Shown: positions 1 to 9,634, counted from the stretch's first letter. The stretch is 64,000 nucleotides of DNA from Melioribacter roseus (GCA_020722085.1 DYLN01000001.1:1368-65367); one strand, 5' to 3'. Program-made: numbers and translations. Notes: generated by a model from the letters alone, not told the origin.

Positions 1-819
1 AAAAACCGGCTTCAGCGGAAGATACTGTTTTACAATTTTTAGATATTCTTTTTCATTGACTGCACATTTAATTTCTTTCGCCGTATAATCGCTGGGACCG
101 CAATTCAAATAAAAACCCCAATTATATTTTGGAAAATAACTGCTAAGAAATTTATCCATTGTTGATTCCCCAATACAGTTAAAACCAATAGCAGTAGGTA
201 AATAAGAAGAAATAAAATCAACAGCTTCGGGCAATGGTTCACCGCTAAGTAAATTTATATTCTCATCGAAAAAAAGACTGATAATAAACGGAAGCTTATT
301 CTTGGAACAGAACTCACAAATTATCTTTATTTCATCCATGTGGCTTTGAGTTTCATTCCAAATAATATCCACGCCGCTTTCCCAGAGTAATTCAATGTGT
401 TTTTTATGATTATACTCAAGATCATATTTAGCTGCTTTTCGGTCTTTTTGATAACAATCTTCTGCTGGCGCATTTGAACCTGCAACAATAACGGATTTAT
501 TCTTAGCTGCATTCAAAGCAATTGAAACGGAATTTTGAACAAACTCGTTGTAATTGACATCAAGTATACTGTTCCTAAAAACAAGAGGATTAGTGCGGAA
601 TGTATTTGTGGTAATAATATCGGCTCCGCTTTTGATATATTCAATGTGAATTTGTTTAACAAGTTTGGGATTCGTAAGATTAGCAACAGCCGACCAAAGA
701 ATGTTGTCAGTCTTGATGACCCCTTTCTGCTGCAATAAACTTCCCATTGCGCCATCCAAAATAAGAGGGCGTTTTACTCTTTCAAATCTATCAAGTAAAT
801 CAATTCTTTTTCTTTTCAT
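1..819 (-). CDS. homocysteine S-methyltransferase-domain protein (partial; C-terminus runs off the window start; absent from supplied ORF track)
   Basis: Manual minus-strand translation from ATG at 819 gives MKRKRIDLLDRFERVKRPLILDGAMGSLLQQKG...GADIITTNTF...AIGFNCIG, open to position 1. Motifs fit the Pfam S-methyl_trans family (LDGAMG, TNTF, GxNC zinc-ligand Cys). The start overlaps the upstream GT9 gene by 20 nt. Confidence 0.75.
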   Translation of the reverse strand, partial: MKRKRIDLLDRFERVKRPLILDGAMGSLLQQKGVIKTDNILWSAVANLTNPKLVKQIHIEYIKSGADIITTNTFRTNPLVFRNSILDVNYNEFVQNSVSIALNAAKNKSVIVAGSNAPAEDCYQKDRKAAKYDLEYNHKKHIELLWESGVDIIWNETQSHMDEIKIICEFCSKNKLPFIISLFFDENINLLSGEPLPEAVDFISSYLPTAIGFNCIGESTMDKFLSSYFPKYNWGFYLNCGPSDYTAKEIKCAVNEKEYLKIVKQYLPLKPVF

Positions 820-1981
820 TTCTTTTTCTGTTAAAGTATGAAATTGTTTCTGCCTCAATTTTTTCGAGATCAATCATTTGAATGCACTCAAGATTATAAG
901 GACAAGCTTTTTTCCAGCATGGTGCACAAAAAAGTCCCTCGGGAATAATTTTGACTCCTCTATCATACAAATCAATTTCTGTCCAGCAGCTCAGTCCAAA
1001 CCAGGCAATTACATATTTTTTAAGAGCGATTGCCAGATGCATCCCGAAAGAATCACCTGTAATAATAACATCAGGAATACTCTCATAACATGCACCTTTA
1101 CGTACACCTTGATTTACTGGAGTATTTATTACTCCACTGCCGAAAGCTTTTGCTATTGCATCATTTCTTTCTGCATCTTCAGGTCCGCCTAACAGCATTA
1201 TTTTAAATCTGTTGTGGGATATGAACTTTTCAATTAACGTAACATGCTGTTCAACAGTCATTTTTTTGTTGGGGTAGAGAAGAGAACAGCCGGTATTAAA
1301 TCCTATTATTTCGTCATTGGCTTCAATGCCGATTTGTTCTTTATACTCATCGATAAATTCGATTTCATCTTCAGTAAAGTTGAAGACGTACTCATCACGT
1401 TTGTAATCGAGATTGAAAGTCTCCGACAAATAATCCTGTCTGGTTCGTTTGTTAACTTTAAACTTTAGATGGTCATCCATTCCGAGCCGATAATTGTATT
1501 CTGCCCCTTTATTTAAAGGGATTATTTGTCCGTTTGAATTTATTCCAAATCCGAGCTTTTCTTTCGATTTTATTTTCATCATTACCGAGCCGGAAGCAAG
1601 AGATTTGTCGGCATTCATAACTACATCAAACTCTACAACATCTAAAATAGAAAGCGATTCATGGTTGTAAGCAAGCACTTTATCAATATATTGATTGTTT
1701 AACAGCAGTCCGGCAGCATTTTTGAGAGTTAGCCACCAAATTGTCGACTGAGGATATTTTCTTTTAATTGCCGGAAGCTGCGCTGTTGTCATCAAAACAT
1801 CGCCCATTGCATCAAGATTAATTATTAGGATTTTCGTACCTAAAGGATTCATTTCTTTACACCCGTCTTCCCAGCAATTATGATCGGGGAAACACGGTTT
1901 ATATCCTGTAAAATTTTTACAAGCGGGGATCTCTTTTGCCATATAAATATTTCTCCAAAAATGGAATAAATTTTTTTTCAA
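800..1981 (-). CDS. glycosyltransferase family 9 (heptosyltransferase-like), Cys-cluster variant
   Basis: 393 aa. GT9-type motifs ILIINLDAMGDVLMTT and ITGDSFGMHLAIAL. N-terminal C-x8-C-x5-C-x4-C and C-terminal CAPCWKKACPYNLEC. Alternative start ATG at 1942 (MAKEIP). Confidence 0.8.
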   Translation of the reverse strand: MKKNLFHFWRNIYMAKEIPACKNFTGYKPCFPDHNCWEDGCKEMNPLGTKILIINLDAMGDVLMTTAQLPAIKRKYPQSTIWWLTLKNAAGLLLNNQYIDKVLAYNHESLSILDVVEFDVVMNADKSLASGSVMMKIKSKEKLGFGINSNGQIIPLNKGAEYNYRLGMDDHLKFKVNKRTRQDYLSETFNLDYKRDEYVFNFTEDEIEFIDEYKEQIGIEANDEIIGFNTGCSLLYPNKKMTVEQHVTLIEKFISHNRFKIMLLGGPEDAERNDAIAKAFGSGVINTPVNQGVRKGACYESIPDVIITGDSFGMHLAIALKKYVIAWFGLSCWTEIDLYDRGVKIIPEGLFCAPCWKKACPYNLECIQMIDLEKIEAETISYFNRKRNEKKKN

Positions 1982-3002
1982 CTGTTTCGTACCTAATATT
2001 TTTTAATGTGGGCTCTTCTGTAACAACACATTCATAATCTGATTTATAAGGATACCATATAACATCGTCAGTGTTATATTTTACATAAATGCCGAATACC
2101 GGAATCTTAAAAACAGAGGCAACATGAACGATAGATGTATCCGGTGTAAACAACAAATTCAATTTCGGAATCATAGCAGCAAATTCATCAAAGCTTTTGC
2201 GGTAGAATACTGGTAAAGTGTTGCAGCTAATTTCAAATGCTTTTGCTAAATCATTTTCGGCACACATCAAAAGAACATTTATATCATATTTGCGGAGTAA
2301 AGCAGTAAGATTTTTGTATTGATCTGTTCCCCAATAGCGTGCTTGGCTGCCGGCAGAAATATTTATGCCGACAGTAAACTTTTTTTTATAAAAATTTTTT
2401 GAAAGAAATTCATCTGCTGCACGCAGAGAATTTTCACTCGGCTGATAAAAAATATTCATCTCAGAATTATCTAATTCCAAATTTAGAAGCTTGCTGAATT
2501 TCATGACCCTTTCAATTACGTGATGTTTCTTAGAATCGAGTTTGTCTACCAAATGTGTATATAAGTTTTCCGTTCCTTTTTTAAAACCAATCTTTATGGG
2601 AATTTTAAGCAAATCAATAATAAAACTAACTGTTGTGGAAACATCATCGTGAAGGTCAATAACTGCATCATACTTTTCGGAATTTAATTTATGAAGCAAA
2701 CTTCTGAACTTTGCAGGCTTTTTGTCAAATATAATTACTTCATCTGCAATTCCGTAATTGTCAAAAATAAAATAGTTGTTTTTATCTGCAAGAACTGCTG
2801 TTTTACATTTTAGCTGAAGTTTAACAGCACGCAGAAGTGGAGTAGTTACAAGTGCATCTCCAATTCTATTGAGTCGTATAAATAAAATTCTTGAGTCCGA
2901 ATCGAAGCGGGGAAATTCCACAACCGATTTGCTTTTTGAACTTCTTAACAAAAGTAATCTAAGAACAATTTTCTTAAAATATTTCTCAATTTTTTTTATC
3001 AA
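1917..3002 (-). CDS. glycosyltransferase family 9 (heptosyltransferase-like)
   Basis: 361 aa. ILFIRLNRIGDALVTTP and TPDTSIVHVASVF motifs typical of GT9. TTG start overlaps the TGA stop of the upstream GT9 gene. Confidence 0.8.
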   Translation of the reverse strand: MIKKIEKYFKKIVLRLLLLRSSKSKSVVEFPRFDSDSRILFIRLNRIGDALVTTPLLRAVKLQLKCKTAVLADKNNYFIFDNYGIADEVIIFDKKPAKFRSLLHKLNSEKYDAVIDLHDDVSTTVSFIIDLLKIPIKIGFKKGTENLYTHLVDKLDSKKHHVIERVMKFSKLLNLELDNSEMNIFYQPSENSLRAADEFLSKNFYKKKFTVGINISAGSQARYWGTDQYKNLTALLRKYDINVLLMCAENDLAKAFEISCNTLPVFYRKSFDEFAAMIPKLNLLFTPDTSIVHVASVFKIPVFGIYVKYNTDDVIWYPYKSDYECVVTEEPTLKNIRYETVEKKFIPFLEKYLYGKRDPRL

Positions 3003-4045
3003 ACCTGCAGTCCGTTTTTTTTAATTAAAGAATCAACTTTTTCCATAATGTGCCTAATAGGAAGCTGCAAAAAGCATTCATGATTTTTCGGGCACTCAAG
3101 CAAATTGCATTTAATACAGTCGAGCTCCAGCAGGTTTATCCATTCATGCTTTTCGCCGAATGGACCCTGAAGCTCTGGGTCGGTAGGACCAAATAATGCT
3201 AATACCGGCACTTTCAATGCAGCAGCAATATGCATCGGTCCACTGTCATTGCATATCACAAAAGTACATTTTGAAATCATTGCTGCCATTTGCAGTAAAT
3301 TGGTTTTGGGAGCAAGGTAAGTAGTTTCTGTTTTCATCGTTAATAAAATATCCTTTGCATCGTTTTCATCTCCAGGTCCCCAAATGATAAGTACATTAGC
3401 ATCGTATTTTTGGGTAATATGATTTCCAATCTCGGCCAGTTTTGCCGGATCACATTTCTTTGAACTCCACCCTCCAGTTGGACAAAGACCAACGAGCATT
3501 TTTTTATCTTTAACTATTCTTGATAAGAAATTATTAATAAATAATTTATCTTCGTTATTTAATTGGAATAAAATCTCTTTTTCGGATGACTCAATACCTA
3601 ACATTTTTAAAAATTCAATATGCAGTAAGGCAGCATGATACTTATTCCTTTCTGCCGGACCAAACAAATTATAGGCATATTTTCTTCCTTTATAGGGAAA
3701 ACCCGCTTTGTATCTTGCGCCACTTAAAAAGGTAAATAGTGCTGTAGTCGGATTAGAATAAAAATCCAGAATAAGATCAAATCTGTACTGCCGGAGCAAA
3801 AGGAGCATCTTAATTTTATTTAACAGTGTCATCTTTTCAAGCACTAACACATTCTTGATCAGCGAAATATTTTCGAGAACCGGTTTTGAAGGTTCCTCGG
3901 TTAAATAACTTATTTCACTATCAGGGAAATCTTTCTTGAGATTTTTCACTACAATTGTGGATAAAACCACATCGCCTATACCGCGTAATTTTATTATCAA
4001 TATTCGTTTTACTTTACTCTTATCGATTTTTTTCATTAGCATCAA
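2999..4045 (-). CDS. glycosyltransferase family 9 (heptosyltransferase-like) with C-terminal Cys cluster
   Basis: 348 aa. ILIIKLRGIGDVVLST and CNDSGPMHIAAAL motifs. C-terminal CIKCNLLECPKNHEC (CxxCx4Cx5C). Confidence 0.85.
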   Translation of the reverse strand: MMLMKKIDKSKVKRILIIKLRGIGDVVLSTIVVKNLKKDFPDSEISYLTEEPSKPVLENISLIKNVLVLEKMTLLNKIKMLLLLRQYRFDLILDFYSNPTTALFTFLSGARYKAGFPYKGRKYAYNLFGPAERNKYHAALLHIEFLKMLGIESSEKEILFQLNNEDKLFINNFLSRIVKDKKMLVGLCPTGGWSSKKCDPAKLAEIGNHITQKYDANVLIIWGPGDENDAKDILLTMKTETTYLAPKTNLLQMAAMISKCTFVICNDSGPMHIAAALKVPVLALFGPTDPELQGPFGEKHEWINLLELDCIKCNLLECPKNHECFLQLPIRHIMEKVDSLIKKNGLQV

Positions 4046-4520
4046 TTAGAAGTTGCATTGAATTTTTCTTTCGATAACCCAAGAAAAGAACAGCAATAGC
4101 AATTAGAAGCAGAATATTCTCAACTATTTTTTGTATGCTGGTTTTTTGTGTCCCCATAGCTCCAAAACATCCGCAGTCAATATTAATCCCTCTCATTATG
4201 GCAGAGGCAACGGCAATCGTAAAGATAGAGATTAGCAAAAAAATTATTGCGAGATTTTCTTTGGGATAAAAATTGAAGAATAAAAGTACGCCTGTGAACA
4301 CTTCTATCCACGGCAGCCAGACAGCAGTAAGGTTTATTACAGCATATGGCATAATATGATAATTTTCAATCGCTACTGCAAAAGTGGAAATGTCTTTAAT
4401 TTTTTCTAAACCGGAATAAATGAAGAGAAGAGAAATAAATATTCTGACTAAAAAAAATGCAAGTACTTTCTCTCTTTCAAAATTCATTTTATCTGTCACT
4501 CTCAACCGGATAGTTTGCAT
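4020..4520 (-). CDS. DoxX/MauE-family integral membrane protein
   Basis: 166 aa, about four hydrophobic helices, DCGCFG motif characteristic of MauE/DoxX-like proteins. Alternative start ATG at 4487 (MNFEREK). Confidence 0.65.
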   Translation of the reverse strand: MQTIRLRVTDKMNFEREKVLAFFLVRIFISLLFIYSGLEKIKDISTFAVAIENYHIMPYAVINLTAVWLPWIEVFTGVLLFFNFYPKENLAIIFLLISIFTIAVASAIMRGINIDCGCFGAMGTQKTSIQKIVENILLLIAIAVLFLGYRKKNSMQLLIDANEKNR

Positions 4521-5130
4521 TTACCCATTCTTTCCAGCCGCCTTCAAATACAAACAATTTGTTAAAGCCGATTTTTTCCATTTCTTCAGCCAGTCTTAAA
4601 CTTACCTCGCAGTCATCTCCACCGCAGTAAATAACATAACCAGCATTTTTGTCAAGTGATTTTACTATCGGCGAAGCCGGCTCAAATTTGTATTCGGCTA
4701 AGTTTATTGAGTTCGGAATATGTCCATCGGCAAACTCCCATCTATCACGTGCATCAATAAATAGACTAGAAGAATCTCTGAAGATTTGGTAAGCCTGCTG
4801 CAGTGAAATTTTTAAGATTGAAAAATCAGACCGTTTTATACCCGTTTTCGAATTGATTTCTGTTAAGTCAGGCTCCGATGCGTTTTTTAAATTCTTTTTA
4901 TGTCCGATAAATTCAATACCATCTGGGGAAATTGAATTATATATCATTCCAACTGCCGCCGCAGAAAAAACAATCAACAGCATTTTTTTGATATTTATTT
5001 GCTTCAATTCCATATTGAAAATTAATAAGAATAGAGACTTCGAGCAATCAGCAACGAACTGAATAAATAGACAAATGATTGAATGGATGTCCAAGTAATC
5101 CGGGAAATGTTTGAATGGTTTCAAGGGCAC
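4489..5130 (-). CDS. rhodanese-domain protein with N-terminal membrane anchor
   Basis: C-terminal rhodanese fold: IDARDRWEFADGHIPNSINL and active-site loop YCGGDDCEVS. The more likely start is ATG at 5013 (MELKQINIKKMLLIVFSAAA, signal/anchor-like). Confidence 0.8.
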   Translation of the reverse strand: MPLKPFKHFPDYLDIHSIICLFIQFVADCSKSLFLLIFNMELKQINIKKMLLIVFSAAAVGMIYNSISPDGIEFIGHKKNLKNASEPDLTEINSKTGIKRSDFSILKISLQQAYQIFRDSSSLFIDARDRWEFADGHIPNSINLAEYKFEPASPIVKSLDKNAGYVIYCGGDDCEVSLRLAEEMEKIGFNKLFVFEGGWKEWVNANYPVESDR

Positions 5131-5190
5131 AATTGTTTTTCATTTATTCATCAATTCAACCATTCAATCTTATAGTCGGAGAAAAATTTG

Positions 5191-6846
5191 TTAATCTTCT
5201 GTTGCAACGCAATCAGCCGGTATCTCCGGTTTTACCATTATGACTTCTTCTTTTGACAAAATTACCTGTCCAGGCTCCAAATCTTTTCTTTTTCTTACGA
5301 ACTTTTTTTGTGTGTAACTTACCGGTACAAGCGAAGATGTTTTAGCCTTACTGTAAAATGCGGCTATAGAGGCAGCAAATCTAATAATTGATTTCGGCAC
5401 CCCTTCTTTTGCCCTTTCTACTCTCAGTACAACATGTGAGCCGGCAGAACCTCTTGCATGAAACCAGTAATCGTTTTGTTTTGCAAACTTTGTTGTCAAC
5501 AAATCATTATTCTTACTGTCTTTGCCAACATAGATATGAAATTTACCAGCAGCGATATAATGCCTGAATTTAGGACTTTTCTGCTGTTGTTCTTTCATTG
5601 CCCCGGTATGTATCTTAAAAATTTTTTTTAACTCTTCCAACTTATCAACAGGGGGATTAGCGTTAAGGGTTTCCTCATATTTTTGCAGCTGTTCTAACGA
5701 TTTTTTTGTTGAATTATATAAATCTACAGACTTGGTAAAATTTATTTTTTCCGATCTTGCTTTATCAAAATAAGCATTAGCATTTTCAGAGGCAGAAAGC
5801 TTAGGGTTCAATTTTATTTTGACTTTTTCGCCAGATTCATATTCTTCAAGCTCAATTTCTTCCATTCCTTTATTCAATTTATTTAGATTTGTTAAAAGTA
5901 AATTTCCATACAAATGGTAAAGTTTTTCTTTTGACCCGTTATCAATTCGGGCTTTCAAATTATTTAGTTTCTCGACTGCTTTCTCAAGTTCCTTTTTAAC
6001 ATGTTTTTGAAGAGCAGCAATAAGTGAGCCGTAATCGGAAGTTTTGTGCAGCATGGCTGTAAAATAGCCCGCTGCACTCAAATAATTATCAAATGATTTT
6101 GCAGCAGAAGGCATTTTTATTTGTTTGAACGTCTGCGGCATAAATAAAGCTTCTCTTTGTTCATTCGAATAAAATACGGAGATAGGCGAAATAAGTATTT
6201 CATTAATAAGAACCGGCAGTTCCGGCAGAGAATATTTTCTCAACCCAAATTCTATTAAAATATCTTTGCTGATTGAAGGAATCTGTTTACCTATCTGTTC
6301 TGCATCGATGTTTCCTAAATCTAAAATATAGTTCGCAATTGCATTGATATAATTTCTACTTATAAGTTCATTCTTAATTTCTTCTGCATTTCCCAGTTTT
6401 TTAGATTTCTTGAAGGTTTGTACTGTACCTTGTTTATCAACTAAAAATATATTTGTTAGTGCCCCACGAATCATAAAATATAGATCTGAGTCTTGCATTG
6501 CTATTTTGATTATTCTATCGTTATGAGCAATAGAAAACTCTAGAATCTTATCCGGCAAATGTTCACTAAAAAATTCCGTGACATTTTTTTTCGCTTTATG
6601 GTGAATTTCTTTTTGATAAATAATTGAAAACTTCGAATCTGTTGAAAAAATTAAATGATAGTCCGGATAATCAGGTTGAGGAATATGCAGATAAAGTTTT
6701 TCTTTTTCTTGAGTAAATGCCGAGAATATTTTTTTGTTTTTTAATTTTTCATTCAGTTCATCTACACACCGGAGTAAATAATAATAATTTTTATATAATT
6801 GCATCTCATACTTACTTATGTTTTTATCGAATTTGCTGTCATGCAA
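5191..6846 (-). CDS. NFACT-family RNA-binding protein (FbpA/RqcH-like, ribosome quality control)
   Basis: 551 aa. Central coiled coil. C-terminal NFACT-R/DUF814 signature WFHARGSAGSHVVL. Confidence 0.75.
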   Translation of the reverse strand: MHDSKFDKNISKYEMQLYKNYYYLLRCVDELNEKLKNKKIFSAFTQEKEKLYLHIPQPDYPDYHLIFSTDSKFSIIYQKEIHHKAKKNVTEFFSEHLPDKILEFSIAHNDRIIKIAMQDSDLYFMIRGALTNIFLVDKQGTVQTFKKSKKLGNAEEIKNELISRNYINAIANYILDLGNIDAEQIGKQIPSISKDILIEFGLRKYSLPELPVLINEILISPISVFYSNEQREALFMPQTFKQIKMPSAAKSFDNYLSAAGYFTAMLHKTSDYGSLIAALQKHVKKELEKAVEKLNNLKARIDNGSKEKLYHLYGNLLLTNLNKLNKGMEEIELEEYESGEKVKIKLNPKLSASENANAYFDKARSEKINFTKSVDLYNSTKKSLEQLQKYEETLNANPPVDKLEELKKIFKIHTGAMKEQQQKSPKFRHYIAAGKFHIYVGKDSKNNDLLTTKFAKQNDYWFHARGSAGSHVVLRVERAKEGVPKSIIRFAASIAAFYSKAKTSSLVPVSYTQKKFVRKRKDLEPGQVILSKEEVIMVKPEIPADCVATED

Positions 6847-6848
6847 AG

Positions 6849-8114
6849 CTAGGATAACTTTTTCGATTCGCGGAAAGATTTCCTTTCTTCTTCAGTTAAC
6901 TCAAATATCTTTTGAAACAATTTTTTTTCTATTGAACCGAATTCAATTTTTCTTCTGCCCATTACAATCTCTGCGGTTTTCATAGCTCTTTGCAAATCAT
7001 GCGTTTCGAAAGAATCGGCGGTTCCCCAAGCAAATGAAGTGACATACTTAGGAGGAAACCCGGTTCCAAATATATTTGATGCAAAGCCAACAATTGTCCC
7101 CGTATTAAACATTGTATTAATTCCAGTTTTGGAATGATCTCCCATTATCAAGCCTAAAAACTGCATGCCAGTATCAATCGACTTATTATTTAGCATCACA
7201 GAAACTTTACTGTAATTATTTTTTAGATCGCTGTTTGTTGTATCCGCACCCAAATTTACAAAACTGCCGAGGTAAGCGTGGCCCAAAAATCCGTCGTGCT
7301 GTTTATTTGAATAGGAATGAATTATCGACCCTTCCACTTCTCCGCCAACCTTGCAAACGTCGCCTATGCTTGTATCGTGATAAATTGATGCCTTCATTTT
7401 AATTATGGAATTATCTCCGATAAATGCCGGTCCCTGAATTGCAGAATTGGGAAGTATTGTCACATTTTTCCCGATATAAACCGGGCCATCGGAAGCATCA
7501 ATAACAACAGTAGGATAAATTTTTGTCCCTTCTCCTATAAAAATTTCCTTTTTATTAATTAGATAAGCGCCGTCAAATTTCCTGCCCGCAAAATTTTTTT
7601 GGTTCTTTATAACTGCATAGTAATCGGAAACAATTTGATTTCCATTTTCCTTTATTAAGTCCCAGATGTAATTTAACGAATTAGTTTTGATCTTCATCGA
7701 ACGGAGCTGCAATTCCTGAAAACTCAATATTCCGGGGAATTTTTCGAAAACAACATTGAGATTTTTCTTACTTATCTTTGCTGCAGCGACCGAATTTTCA
7801 CTGTAATAAATAATATCGTCTTTTTCTTTTTTAATTTCACGAACTAAATCGCTGCTGAGCAGTAGTCTTGCATTAATAAAAATTATTTCATCGCCTTTCA
7901 ATTCATTAACAAGGAACTTAGGATTTTCGGATTTTACTTTCTCAACTAAATAATCGCGGCAGTAAAGAATTTTATTTTGACTCTTAAAATGCCGAAATAC
8001 TTTTTCCTTAAGTAAATTAATACCGCATCTTAAATCAAAAACGGGTCTGCTGTAACACAACGGTAAAAAATTCAAATACTTTTCGTCTTCGAAAATGCAG
8101 ATACTTGAGTTCAT
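6849..8114 (-). CDS. putative sugar nucleotidyltransferase / acyltransferase with left-handed beta-helix (alternative GlmU-like)
   Basis: 421 aa. The C-terminal half is rich in hexapeptide repeats (IGKNVTILPNSAIQGPAFIGDNSII...). The architecture resembles the putative sugar nucleotidyl transferase family common in Bacteroidetes/Chlorobi. Confidence 0.6.
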   Translation of the reverse strand: MNSSICIFEDEKYLNFLPLCYSRPVFDLRCGINLLKEKVFRHFKSQNKILYCRDYLVEKVKSENPKFLVNELKGDEIIFINARLLLSSDLVREIKKEKDDIIYYSENSVAAAKISKKNLNVVFEKFPGILSFQELQLRSMKIKTNSLNYIWDLIKENGNQIVSDYYAVIKNQKNFAGRKFDGAYLINKKEIFIGEGTKIYPTVVIDASDGPVYIGKNVTILPNSAIQGPAFIGDNSIIKMKASIYHDTSIGDVCKVGGEVEGSIIHSYSNKQHDGFLGHAYLGSFVNLGADTTNSDLKNNYSKVSVMLNNKSIDTGMQFLGLIMGDHSKTGINTMFNTGTIVGFASNIFGTGFPPKYVTSFAWGTADSFETHDLQRAMKTAEIVMGRRKIEFGSIEKKLFQKIFELTEEERKSFRESKKLS

Positions 8115-8221
8115 ATTTTCACCTCGAATAAATTATTGTAATTGTTTAGTCTAAAATTCGTAATAAAATCTTATTAAATCGATAATTTTGTTAATAATTC
8201 TCTATTTAATATATTTGATAC

Positions 8222-8971
8222 ATGAATAGGATATTAAAAAAAATTTTAATCTATTTTGCGTCTATTTTTTTAGTTTTTGCTGTAATTTTAATTATTTTGA
8301 ACGATATTGTGCTCCCGTATTACGTAAGCGCAAAAGAATACAAAGTACCGAATGTTGTTGGACTCAATAAAGAAGAAGCTATTGACAAATTAAAAGAAAC
8401 AGACTTAAATCCTATCATTCAAACCACCCGTTACGATGAAAAATACGCAAAAGATGAAGTAATTTTTCAAAAACCTTTCGCAGGCACAATTGTTAAAGAA
8501 AACCGTAGAATTTATTTAACCATAAGCGGCGGAGAACCCCAAATAAGAATGCCTTTACTGGTAAATAAATCTATAAGAGATGCACGCATTACACTTGACA
8601 GACTCGGCTTAAAAATAGGAAAAGTAGACAGTGTTAGATCGGATCTGCCTGCTAACACAATTGTAGAGCAGGAATATGCTGAAGGGAAAAATTTAACAAA
8701 AGGGGACAGTGTAAATATAAAAGTAAGTATTGGACCAAACATTGGAATGATAAGGGTTCCGAATATTTTAGGTAAATCGTTAGAAGAAGCTGCACATATT
8801 TTAAAATTAAATTCACTCCGGCTCGGTAAAATGACTTACATTCATTCAACAACACTTTTACCAAACACAGTCGTTGATCAGCAGCCGGGCGAAGGGACAC
8901 TTCTTTCATTGGGGGACAGCGTAAATGTAGTTTTAACACAAGTCAAACAAACCGTTCCGGGAATTAATTAA
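8222..8971 (+). CDS. membrane-anchored PASTA-domain protein (three PASTA repeats, no kinase or PBP domain)
   Basis: 249 aa. N-terminal TM helix, then three roughly 65-aa repeats (VPNVVGL..., MPLLVNKS..., VPNILGKS...), each ending in a G-D-S-V-N-hydrophobic pattern. Confidence 0.75.
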   Translation: MNRILKKILIYFASIFLVFAVILIILNDIVLPYYVSAKEYKVPNVVGLNKEEAIDKLKETDLNPIIQTTRYDEKYAKDEVIFQKPFAGTIVKENRRIYLTISGGEPQIRMPLLVNKSIRDARITLDRLGLKIGKVDSVRSDLPANTIVEQEYAEGKNLTKGDSVNIKVSIGPNIGMIRVPNILGKSLEEAAHILKLNSLRLGKMTYIHSTTLLPNTVVDQQPGEGTLLSLGDSVNVVLTQVKQTVPGIN

Positions 8972-9634
8972 ATGAATGACAAAAAAATTTTAGCTCCCTC
9001 AATTTTATCGGCTGACTTTAAAAATCTATCTCAGCAAATCAGATATGCGGAATTGGGCGGGGCAGACTGGATTCATTGCGACGTTATGGATGGCAAATTT
9101 GTTCCAAACATTACATTCGGTCCGCTAATTGTTTCTGCGGTTAGAAAAAGTACAAAGCTTCCTGTTGACGTTCATCTAATGATTGAAAAACCGGATAATT
9201 TTCTGGAAGATTTTGCAAGAGCCGGCGCTGATTATATTTCTGTTCATCAGGAAGAAGTAGTGCACCTTCACAGAACAATTTCGAAAATTCACGAGTTGAA
9301 GTGTAAAGCGGGAGTTGCGTTAAATCCTGCCACGCCGCTAAACACACTTGAAAATATTCTTGAATATGTTGATTTAGTATTGCTGATGTCGGTTAATCCC
9401 GGTTTTGGTGGACAAACATTTATTGAGTCAACTTTGAAAAAAATAAAAGAATTAAAAAAAATTCGATCTGAAGACGGCTTAAACTTTTTAATTGAGGTGG
9501 ACGGCGGCATTGATAAGAAAAACATTAAGGCAATCTCGAAAGCCGGCTGTAATGTATTTGTAACAGGTTCATCAATTTTTAACAGCGATAACATAACCGC
9601 CGCCGCAGTTGAATTAAAAAATTTGATTTCGTAA
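8972..9634 (+). CDS. rpe: ribulose-phosphate 3-epimerase
   Basis: 220 aa. APSILSADF, HCDVMDGKFVPN, MSVNPGFGGQ motifs. Confidence 0.95.
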   Translation: MNDKKILAPSILSADFKNLSQQIRYAELGGADWIHCDVMDGKFVPNITFGPLIVSAVRKSTKLPVDVHLMIEKPDNFLEDFARAGADYISVHQEEVVHLHRTISKIHELKCKAGVALNPATPLNTLENILEYVDLVLLMSVNPGFGGQTFIESTLKKIKELKKIRSEDGLNFLIEVDGGIDKKNIKAISKAGCNVFVTGSSIFNSDNITAAAVELKNLIS

